A DNA stretch of 64,000 nucleotides. Source: Eledone cirrhosa (lineage: Eukaryota). Below are positions 1 through 10,182 of this stretch, piece after piece. Below the pieces are notes generated by a model that saw nothing but the letters and a program-made list of their open reading frames with translations, searched no databases and was not told where the DNA came from. The translations under genes were made by a program, and so were the position numbers. Location of the stretch: contig OZ024744.1 in the NCBI GenBank assembly GCA_964016885.1, positions 131,192,001 through 131,256,000 on the forward strand. The letters are read 5' to 3'. Every line of letters begins with the position of its first letter. Positions within the stretch are counted from its first letter, which is position 1.

Positions 1-56
1 ACCCCAACTTGACTTAACCCCAACTTAACTTAACCCCAACTTAACTTAACCCCAAA
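1..56 (-). repeat. Inverted satellite island, class A (truncated by window start)
   Basis: C-rich units ending in CCCCAAATTCGGGG; the downstream flank (TTATG, TAGGCCTAAC) matches the class A islands at 6406, 47695 and 54502. Confidence 0.9.
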
Positions 57-2173
57 TTCGGGGTTAAGTTATGTTGGGGTTAAGTTAAGTTAGGCCTAAC
101 TTAAGTTGGAGTTAAGTTAAGTTGGGGGTAAGTTAAGTTGGGGGTAAGTTAAGTTGGGGTTAAGTTAAGTTGGGGTTAAGTTGGGGTTAAGTTAAGTTAG
201 GGTTAAGTTAAGTTGGGGTTGAGTTAAGTTGGGGTTAAGTTAAGTGGTGGTTATGTTAAGTTGGGGTGAAGTTAACTGGGGTTAATTTAAATTGGTGTTA
301 AGTTAACTTTGTGGTTAAGTTAAGTTGGGGTTAAGTTAAGTTGGGGTTAAGTTAAGTTGGGGTTGAGTTAAGTTGGGGTTGAGTGAAGTTGGGGTTAAGT
401 TAAGTTGGGGTTAATTTAAGTTGGGGTTAAGTTAAATCGGAGTTAAGTTAAGTTGGGGTTGAGTTAAGTTGGCGTTAATTTAAGTTGGGGCTAAGTTAAG
501 TTGGGGTTAAGTTAAGTTGAGGTTAAGTTAAGTTGGGGTTGAGTTAAGTTGGGGTTGAGTTAATTTGGGGTTAAGTTAAGTTGGGGTTAAGTTAAGTTGG
601 GTTTAAGTTAAGTTGGGGTTAAATTAAGTTGGGGTTAAATTAAGTTGGGGTTAAGTTAAGTTGGGGGTAAGATAAGTTGGGAGCAAGTTAAGTTGGGGTT
701 AAGTTAAGTTGGGGTTAAATTAAGTTGGGGTTAAGTTAAGTTGGGGTTATATTAAGTTGGGGTTAAGTTAAGTTGGGGTTAAGTTAAGTTGGGGTTCAGT
801 TAAGTTGCGGTTAAGTTAAGTTGGGGTTAAGTTAAGTTGGGGTTAAGTTAAGTTGGGGTCAAGTTAAGTTGGGGTTATGTTAAGTTGGGGTTTAGTTAAG
901 TTGGTGTTCATTTAAGTTGGGGTTAAGTTAAGTTTGGGTTAAGTTGGGGTTAAATTAAGTTGGGGTTAAGTTAAGTTGGGGTTACGTTAAGTTGGGGTTA
1001 AGTTAAGTTGGGGTTAAGTTAAGTTGGGGTTAATTTAAGTTGGGGTTAAGTTAAGTTGCGGGTAATTTAAGTTGGGGTTAAGTTAAGTTGGGGTTAAGTT
1101 AAGTTGGGGTTAAGTTAAGTTGGGGTTAAGGTAAGTTGGGGTTAAGTTAAATTGGGGCTAAGTTAAGTTGGGGCTGAGTTAAGTTGGGGTTAAGTTAAGT
1201 TGGGGTTAAGTTAAGTTGGGGTTAAGTTAAGTTGGGGTTAAGTTAAGTTGGGGTTGAGTTAAGTTGGGGTTAAGTTAAGTAGGGGTAAGTTAAGTTGGGG
1301 TTCAGTTAAGTTGGGGTTAAGTTAAGTTGGGGTTAAGTTAAGTTGGGGTTAAGTTAAGTCGGGGTTAAGTTAAGTCGGGGTTAAGTTAAGTTAGGGTTAA
1401 GTTAAGTTGGAGTTAAGTTAAGTTGGGGTTGAGTTAAGTTGGGGTTGAGTTAAATTGGGGTTGAGTTAAGTTGGGGTTGAGTTAAGTTGGTGTTGAGTTA
1501 AGTTGGGGTTAAATTGAGTTGGGGTTAAATTAAGTTGGGGTTAAGTAAATTTGGGGGTAAGTTAAGTTGGGGGCAAGTTAAGTTGGGGCTAATTTAAGTT
1601 GGGGTTAAATTAAGTTGGGGTTACGTTAAGTTGGTGTTAAGTTAAGTTGGGGTTAATTTAAGTTGGGGTTAATTAAGTTAGGGTTAAGTTAAGTTGGGGT
1701 TAAGTTAAGTTGGGGTTAATTTAAGTTGGGGTTGAGTTAAGTTAGGGTTAAGTTAAGTTGGGGTTATATTAAGTTGGGGTTAAGTTAAGTTGGGGTTAAG
1801 TTAAGTTGGGGTTCAGTTAAGTTGCGGTTAAGTTAAGTTGGGGTTAAGTTAAGTTGGGGTTAAGTTAAGTTGGGGTTAAGTTAAGTTGGAGTCAAGTTAA
1901 GTTGGGGTTAAGTTAAGTTGGGGTTAAGTTAAGTTGGTTAGTTAAGTTGAGTTTAAGTTAAGTTGGGGTTAATTTAAGTTGGGGTTAAGTTAAGTTGGGG
2001 TTAAGTTAAGTTGGGGTTAAGTTAAGTTGGGGTTAAGTTAAGTTGGGGTTCAGTTAAGTTGGGGTTAAGTCAAGTTGGGGTTAATTTGGGGTTAAATTAA
2101 TTTGGGGTTAAGTTAAGTTGTGGTTAAGTTAAGTTGGGGTTATGTTAAGTTGGGGTTAAGTTAAGTTGTGGTT

Positions 2174-2534
2174 AACCCCAACTTCACTCAACCCCACCTT
2201 AACTCAACCCCAACTTAACTTAAGCCCAACTTCACTCAACCCCAACTTAACTTAACCCCAACTTCACTCAACCCCAACTTAAATCAACCCCAACTTAACA
2301 TAACCCCAACTTAACTTAACCCTAACTTAACTTAACCCCGACTTAACTTAACTTCGAATTAACTTAACACCAACTTAACTTAACCCCAACTTAACTTAAC
2401 CCCAACTTAACTTAACCACAAATTAACTTAACCCCAACTTAACTCACACCCAACTTAACTTACCCCCAACTTAACTTAACCCCAACTTGACTTAACCCCA
2501 AATTAACTTAACCCCAACTTAACTTAACCCCAAA
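2174..2534 (-). repeat. Inverted satellite island, class B (about 361 bp)
   Basis: Starts at GTGGTTAACCCC, contains CCCCACCTT and ACTTCGAATT, ends in CCCCAAATTCGGGG. Confidence 0.95.
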
Positions 2535-3126
2535 TTCGGGGTTAAGTTAAGTTGGGGTTAAGTTAAGTTAGGCTTAACTTAAGTTGGGGTTAAGTTAAGT
2601 TGGGGGTAAGTTAAGTTCTGGGTAAGTTAAGTTGGGGTTAAGTTAAGTTGGGGTTAAGTTGGGGTTAAGTTAAGTTAGGGTTAAGTTAAGTTGGGGTTGA
2701 GTTAAGTTGGGGTTAAGTTAAGTTAGGGTTAATTTAAGTTGGGGCTAAGTTAAGTTGGGGCTGAGTTAAGTTGAGGTTAATTAAGTTGGGGTTAAGTTAA
2801 GTTGGGGATAAGTTAAGTTGGGGTTAAGTTAAGTTGGGGTTTATTTAAGTTGGGGTTAATTTAAGTTGGGGTTCAGTTAAGTTGGGGTTAAGTTAAGTTG
2901 GGGTTAAGTTAAGTTGGGGTTAAGTTAAGTTGGTGTTAAGTTAAGTTGGGTTTAAGTTAAGTTGGGGTTAAGTTAAGTTGGGGTCAAGTTAAGTTGGGGT
3001 TAAGTTAAGTTGGTTAGTTAAGTTGAGTTTAAGTTAAGTTGGGGTTAATTTATGTTGGGGTTAAGTTAAGTTGGGGTTAAGTTAAGTTGGGGTTAAGTTA
3101 AGTTGGGGTTAAGTTAAGTTGGGGTT

Positions 3127-3327
3127 AACCCCAACTTAACTTAACCCCAACTTCACTCAACCCCAACGTAACTCAACCCCAACTTAACTTAACCCCAACT
3201 TCACTCAACCCCAACTTAACTTAACCCCAACTTCACTCAACCCCAACTTAAGTCAACCCCAACTTAACTTAACCCCAACTTGACTTAACCCCAACTTAAC
3301 TTAGCACCAACTTAACTTAAGCCCAAA
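3127..3327 (-). repeat. Inverted satellite island, class D (about 201 bp)
   Basis: Starts at GGGGTTAACCCC, contains CAACGTAAC and TAGCACCAAC, ends in GCCCAAAGCCGGGG. Confidence 0.95.
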
Positions 3328-5024
3328 GCCGGGGTTAAGTTAAGTTGGCGTTAAGTTAAGTTAGGCTTAACTTAAGTTGGGGTTCAGTTAAGTTGGGGGT
3401 AAGTTAAGTTGGGGGTAAGTTAAGTTGGGGTTAAGTTAAGTTGCGTTTAAGTTGGGGTTAAGTTAAGTTAGGGTTAAGTTAAGTTGGGGTTAAGTTAAGT
3501 TGGGGTTAATTTAAATTGGGGTTAAGTTAACTTTGTGGTTAAGTTAAGTTGGGGTTAAGTTAAGTTGGGGTTAAGTTGGGGTTAATTTAAGTTGGGGCTA
3601 AGTTAATTTGTGGTTAAGTTAAGTTGGGGTTAAGTTAAGTTGGGGTTAAGTTAAGTTGGGGTTGAGTTAAGTTGGGGTTGAGTTAATTTGGGGTTAAATT
3701 AAGTTGGGGTTAAGTTAAGTTGGGGGTAAGTTAAGTTGGGGCTAAGTTAAGTTGGGGTTAAATTAAGTTGGGGTTACGTTAAGTTGGTGTTAAGTTAAGT
3801 TGGGGTTAATTTAAGTTGGGGTTAATTAAGTTGGGGTTAAGTTAAGTTGGGGTTAAGTTAAGTTGGGGTTTATTTAAGTTGGGGTTAAGTTAAGTTGGGG
3901 TTCAGTTAAGTTGGGGTTAAGTTAAGTTGGGGTTAAGATGGGGTTAAATTAAGTTGGGGTTAAGTTAAGTTGGGGTTAAGTTAAGTCGGGGTTAAGTTAA
4001 GGTAGGGTTCAGTTAAGTTGGGGTTAAGTTAAGTTGGGGTTGAGTTAAGTTGGGGTTGAGTTAAATTGGTGTTGAGTTAAGTTGGGGTTAAGTTAAGTTG
4101 GGGTTAAGTTAAGTTGCAGTTAAGTTAAGTTGAGGTTAAGTTAAGGTGCGGTTAAGTTAAGCTGGGGCTAAGTTAAGTTGGGGCTAAGTTAAGTTGGGGC
4201 TAAGTTACGTTGGGGTTAGGTTAAGTTGGGGTTAAGTTAAGTCGGGGTTAAGTTAAGTTGGCGTTAAGTTAAGTTGGGGTTAATTTAAGTTGGGGTTAGG
4301 TTAAGTTGGGGTTAATTTAAGTTGGGGTTAAGTTAAGTTGCGGGTAATTTAAGTTGGGGTTAAGTTAAGTTGGGGTTAAGTTAAGTTGGGGTTAAGTTAA
4401 GTTGGGGTTGAGTTAAGTTGGGGTTAAGTTAAGTTGGGGTTAAGTTAAGTTGGGGTTCAGTTAAGTTGGGGTTAAGTTGGGGTTAAATTAATTTGGGGTT
4501 AAGTTAAGTTGGGGTTTAGTTTAGTTGGGGTTAAATTAAGTTGGGGTTAATTTAAGTTGGGGTTAAGTTAAGTTGCGGGTAATTTAAGTTGGGGTTAAGT
4601 TAAGTTGGGGTTAAGTTAAGTTGGGGTTAAGTTAAGTTGGGGTTAAGTTAAGTTGGGGGTAAGTTAAGTTGGGGGTAAGTTAAGTTGGGGTTAAGTTAAG
4701 TTGGGGTTAAGTTAAGTTAGGGTTAAGTTAAGTTGGGGTTGAGTTAAGTTGGGGTTAAGTTAAGTTGGGGTTATGTTAAGTTGGGGTTAAGTTAAGTTGG
4801 TTCGTTAAGTTGAGTTTAAGTTAAGTGGGGTTAATTTAAGTTGGGGTTAAGTTAAGTTGGGGTTAAGTTAAGTTGGGGTTAAGTTAAGTTGGGGTTAAGT
4901 TAAGTTGGGGTTCAGTTAAGTTGGGGTTAAGTCAAGTTGGGGTTAAGTTAAGTTGGGGTTATGTTAAGTTGGGGTTAAGTTAAGTTGGGGTTAAGTTAAT
5001 TTGTGGTTAAGTTAAGTTGTGGTT

Positions 5025-5417
5025 AACCCCAACTTCACTCAACCCCACCTTAACTCAACCCCAACTTAACTTAAGCCCAACTTCACTCAACCCCAACTTA
5101 ACTTAACCCCAACTTCACTCAACCCCAACTTAACTCAACCCCAACTTAACTTAACCCCAACTTAACTTAACCCTAACTTAACTTAACCCCAACTTAACTT
5201 AACTTCGACTTAACTTAACCCCAACTTAACTTAACCCCAACTTAACTTAACCCCAACTTAACTTAACCACAAATTAACTTAACCCCAACTTAAATTAACC
5301 CCAACTTAAATTAACCCCAACTTAACTTAACCCCAACTTAACTTAACCCCAACTTAAATTAACCCCAACTTGACTTAACCCCAAATTAACTTAACCCCAA
5401 CTTAACTTAACCCCAAA
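5025..5417 (-). repeat. Inverted satellite island, class C (about 393 bp)
   Basis: Starts at GTGGTTAACCCC, contains ACTTCGACTT, ends in CCCCAAATTCGGGG. Confidence 0.95.
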
Positions 5418-6405
5418 TTCGGGGTTAAGTTAAGTTGGGGTTAAATTAAGTTAGGCTTAACTTAAGTTGGGGTTAAGTTAATTTGGGGTTAAGTTCGGGT
5501 TAAGTTAAGTTAGGGTTAAGTTAAGTTGGGGTTGAGTTAAGTTGGGGTTAAGTTAAGTTGGGGTTAAGTTAAGTTGGGGTCAAGTTAAGTTGGGGTTAAA
5601 ATTAAGTTGGGGTTAAATCAAGTTGGGGTTAAGTTAAAGTGGGGTTAATTTAGTTGGGGTTAAGTTAAGTTGGGGCTAAGTTAAGTTGGGGCTAAGTTAA
5701 GTTGGGACTAAGTTAAGTTGGGGTTAAGTTAAGTTGGGGTTAAGTTAAGTTGGGGTTAATTTAAGTTGGGATTGAGTTAAGTTGGGGTTAAGGTAAGTTG
5801 GGGTTATATTAAGTTGAGGTTAAGTTAAGTTGGGGTTAAGTTAAGTTGGGGTTCAGTTAAGTTGCGGTTAAGTTAAGTTGGGGTTAAGTTAAGTTGGGGT
5901 TAATTTAAGTTGGGGTTAAGTTAAGTTGGGGTCAAGTTAAGTTGGGGTTAAGTTAAGTTGGGGTTAAATTAAGTTGGGGTTAATTTAAGTTGGGGTTAAT
6001 TTAAGCTGGGGTTAAGTTAAGTTGGGGATAATTTAAGTTGGGGATAAGTTAAGTTGGGGTTAAGTTAAGTTGGGTTTAAGTTAAGTTGGGGTTAAGTTAA
6101 GTTGCGGTTAAGTTAAGTTGGTTAGTTAAGTTGAGTTTAAGTTAAGTTGGGGTTAATTTAAGTTGGGGTTAAGTTACGTTGGGGTTAAGTTAAGTTGGGG
6201 CTAAGTTAAGTTGGGGTTCAGTTAAGTTGGGGTTAAATCAATTTGGGGTTAAGTTGGGGTTAAATTAATTTGGGGTTAAGTTAAGTTGGGGTTAAGTTAA
6301 GTTGGGGTTAAGTTAAGTTGGGGTTAAGTTAAGTTGGGGTTAAGTTAAGTTGGAGTTAAGTTAAGTTTGGGTTGAGTTAAGTTGGGGTTGAGTTAAATTG
6401 GGGTT

Positions 6406-6894
6406 AACTCCAACTTAAGTTAACCCTAACTTAACTTAACCCCAACTTCACTCAACCCCAACTTAACTTAACCCCAACTTCACTCAACCCCAACTTAACT
6501 CAACCCCAACCTAACTTAACCCCAACTTCACTCAACCCCAACTTATCTTAACCCCAACTTCACTCAACCCCAACTTAACTCAACCCCAACTTAACTTAAC
6601 CCCAACTTAACTTAACCCTAACTTAACTTAACCCCGACTTAACTTAACCTCGACTTAACTTAACCCCAACTTAATTTAACCCCAACTTAACTTAACCCCA
6701 ACTTAACTTAACCACAAATTAACTTAACCCCAACTTCAATTAACCCCAACTTAACTTAACCCCAACTTAACTTAACCCCAACTTAACTTAACCCCAACTT
6801 AACTCACACCCAACTTACCTTACCCCCAACTTAACTTAACCCCAACTTGACTTAACCCCAACTTAACTTAACCCCAACTTAACTTAACCCCAAA
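6406..6894 (-). repeat. Inverted satellite island, class A (about 489 bp)
   Basis: Starts at GGGGTTAACTCC, contains ACTTATCTT, ACCTCGAC and TTACCTTACCCCC, ends in CCCCAAATTCGGGG. Confidence 0.95.
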
Positions 6895-9043
6895 TTCGGG
6901 GTTAAGTTATGTTGGGGTTAAGTTAAGTTAGGCCTAACTTAAGTTGGAGTTAAGTTAAGTTGGGGGTAAGTTAAGTTGGGGGTAAGTTAAGTTGGGGTTA
7001 AGTTAAGTTGGGGTTAAGTTGGGGTTAAGTTAAGTTAGGGTTAAGTTAAGTTGGGGTTGAGTTAAGTTGGGGTTAAGTTAAGTGGTGGTTATGTTAAGTT
7101 GGGGTGAAGTTAACTGGGGTTAATTTAAATTGGTGTTAAGTTAACTTTGTGGTTAAGTTAAGTTGGGGTTAAGTTAAGTTGGGGTTAAGTTAAGTTGGGG
7201 TTGAGTTAAGTTGGGGTTGAGTGAAGTTGGGGTTAAGTTAAGTTGGGGTTAATTTAAGTTGGGGTTAAGTTAAATCGGAGTTAAGTTAAGTTGGGGTTGA
7301 GTTAAGTTGGCGTTAATTTAAGTTGGGGCTAAGTTAAGTTGGGGTTAAGTTAAGTTGAGGTTAAGTTAAGTTGGGGTTGAGTTAAGTTGGGGTTGAGTTA
7401 ATTTGGGGTTAAGTTAAGTTGGGGTTAAGTTAAGTTGGGTTTAAGTTAAGTTGGGGTTAAATTAAGTTGGGGTTAAATTAAGTTGGGGTTAAGTTAAGTT
7501 GGGGGTAAGATAAGTTGGGAGCAAGTTAAGTTGGGGTTAAGTTAAGTTGGGGTTAAATTAAGTTGGGGTTAAGTTAAGTTGGGGTTATATTAAGTTGGGG
7601 TTAAGTTAAGTTGGGGTTAAGTTAAGTTGGGGTTCAGTTAAGTTGCGGTTAAGTTAAGTTGGGGTTAAGTTAAGTTGGGGTTAAGTTAAGTTGGGGTCAA
7701 GTTAAGTTGGGGTTATGTTAAGTTGGGGTTTAGTTAAGTTGGTGTTCATTTAAGTTGGGGTTAAGTTAAGTTTGGGTTAAGTTGGGGTTAAATTAAGTTG
7801 GGGTTAAGTTAAGTTGGGGTTAAGTTAAGTTGGGGTTAAGTTAAGTTGGGGTTAAGTTAAGTTGGGGTTAATTTAAGTTGGGGTTAAGTTAAGTTGCGGG
7901 TAATTTAAGTTGGGGTTAAGTTAAGTTGGGGTTAAGTTAAGTTGGGGTTAAGTTAAGTTGGGGTTAAGGTAAGTTGGGGTTAAGTTAAATTGGGGCTAAG
8001 TTAAGTTGGGGCTGAGTTAAGTTGGGGTTAAGTTAAGTTGGGGTTAAGTTAAGTTGGGGTTAAGTTAAGTTGGGGTTAAGTTAAGTTGGGGTTGAGTTAA
8101 GTTGGGGTTAAGTTAAGTAGGGGTAAGTTAAGTTGGGGTTCAGTTAAGTTGGGGTTAAGTTAAGTTGGGGTTAAGTTAAGTTGGGGTTAAGTTAAGTCGG
8201 GGTTAAGTTAAGTCGGGGTTAAGTTAAGTTAGGGTTAAGTTAAGTTGGAGTTAAGTTAAGTTGGGGTTGAGTTAAGTTGGGGTTGAGTTAAATTGGGGTT
8301 GAGTTAAGTTGGGGTTGAGTTAAGTTGGTGTTGAGTTAAGTTGGGGTTAAATTGAGTTGGGGTTAAATTAAGTTGGGGTTAAGTAAATTTGGGGGTAAGT
8401 TAAGTTGGGGGCAAGTTAAGTTGGGGCTAATTTAAGTTGGGGTTAAATTAAGTTGGGGTTACGTTAAGTTGGTGTTAAGTTAAGTTGGGGTTAATTTAAG
8501 TTGGGGTTAATTAAGTTAGGGTTAAGTTTAGTTGGGGTTAAGTTAAGTTGGGGTTAATTTAAGTTGGGGTTGAGTTAAGTTAGGGTTAAGTTAAGTTGGG
8601 GTTATATTAAGTTGGGGTTAAGTTAAGTTGGGGTTAAGTTAAGTTGGGGTTCAGTTAAGTTGCGGTTAAGTTAAGTTGGGGTTAAGTTAAGTTGGGGTTA
8701 AGTTAAGTTGGGGTTAAGTTAAGTTGGAGTCAAGTTAAGTTGGGGTTAAGTTAAGTTGGGGTTAAGTTAAGTTGGTTAGTTAAGTTGAGTTTAAGTTAAG
8801 TTGGGGTTAATTTAAGTTGGGGTTAAGTTAAGTTGGGGTTAAGTTAAGTTGGGGTTAAGTTAAGTTGGGGTTAAGTTAAGTTGGGGTTCAGTTAAGTTGG
8901 GGTTAAGTCAAGTTGGGGTTAATTTGGGGTTAAATTAATTTGGGGTTAAGTTAAGTTGGGGTTAAGTTAAGTTGGGGTTATGTTAAGTTGGGGTTAAGTT
9001 AAGTTGGGTTTAAGTTAATTCGTGGTTAAGTTAAGTTGTGGTT

Positions 9044-9388
9044 AACCCCAACTTCACTCAACCCCACCTTAACTCAACCCCAACTTAACTTAACCCCAAC
9101 TTCACTCAACCCCAACTTAACTTAACCCCAACTTCACTCAACCCCAACTTAAATCAACCCCAACTTAACATAACCCCAACTTAACTTAACCCTAACTTAA
9201 CTTAACCCCGACTTAACTTAACTTCGAATTAACTTAACCCCAACTTAACTTAACCCCAACTTAACTTAACCACAAATTAACTTAACCCCAACTTAACTCA
9301 CACCCAACTTAACTTACCCCCAACTTAACTTAACCCCAACTTGACTTAACCCCAAATTAACTTAACCCCAACTTAACTTAACCCCAAA
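9044..9388 (-). repeat. Inverted satellite island, class B (about 345 bp)
   Basis: Same junctions and ACTTCGAATT marker as the 2174 island; one unit shorter. Confidence 0.95.
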
Positions 9389-9981
9389 TTCGGGGTTAAG
9401 TTAAGTTGGGGTTAAGTTAAGTTAGGCTTAACTTAAGTTGGGGTTAAGTTAAGTTGGGGGTAAGTTAAGTTCTGGGTAAGTTAAGTTGGGGTTAAGTTAA
9501 GTTGGGGTTAAGTTGGGGTTAAGTTAAGTTAGGGTTAAGTTAAGTTGGGGTTGAGTTAAGTTGGGGTTAAGTTAAGTTAGGGTTAATTTAAGTTGGGGCT
9601 AAGTTAAGTTGGGGCTGAGTTAAGTTGGGGTTAAGTTAAGTTGGGGTTAAGTTAAGTTGGGGATAAGTTAAGTTGGGGTTAAGTTAAGTTGGGGTTTATT
9701 TAAGTTGGGGTTAATTTAAGTTGGGGTTCAGTTAAGTTGGGGTTAAGTTAAGTTGGGGTTAAGTTAAGTTGGGGTTAAGTTAAGTTGGTGTTAAGTTAAG
9801 TTGGGTTTAAGTTAAGTTGGGGTTAAGTTAAGTTGGGGTCAAGTTAAGTTGGGGTTAAGTTAAGTTGGTTAGTTAAGTTGAGTTTAAGTTAAGTTGGGGT
9901 TAATTTATGTTGGGGTTAAGTTAAGTTGGGGTTAAGTTAAGTTGGGGTTAAGTTAAGTTGGGGTTAAGTTAAGTTGGGGTT

Positions 9982-10182
9982 AACCCCAACTTAACTTAAC
10001 CCCAACTTCACTCAACCCCAACGTAACTCAACCCCAACTTAACTTAACCCCAACTTCACTCAACCCCAACTTAACTTAACCCCAACTTCACTCAACCCCA
10101 ACTTAAGTCAACCCCAACTTAACTTAACCCCAACTTGACTTAACCCCAACTTAACTTAGCACCAACTTAACTTAAGCCCAAA
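9982..10182 (-). repeat. Inverted satellite island, class D (about 201 bp)
   Basis: CAACGTAAC and TAGCACCAAC markers; ends in AAAGCCGGGG. Confidence 0.95.

Noticed and set aside
2174-2534. Islands as amplification (MDA) or sequencing fold-back chimeras
   Set aside because: Chimeras would have random breakpoints and exactly mirror the adjacent flank. These share fixed junctions and carry class-specific variants, although raw-read confirmation is still needed.
3127-3327. Site-specific invertible (phase-variation) switch
   Set aside because: No recombinase or regulated gene is present, and no copy of an island with its junction scars was seen in the flipped orientation.
6380-6430. Rho-independent terminators, tRNAs or structured ncRNA genes at the hairpins
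   Set aside because: The dyads are by-products of satellite inversion; there are no U-tracts, cloverleaf structures or upstream genes.
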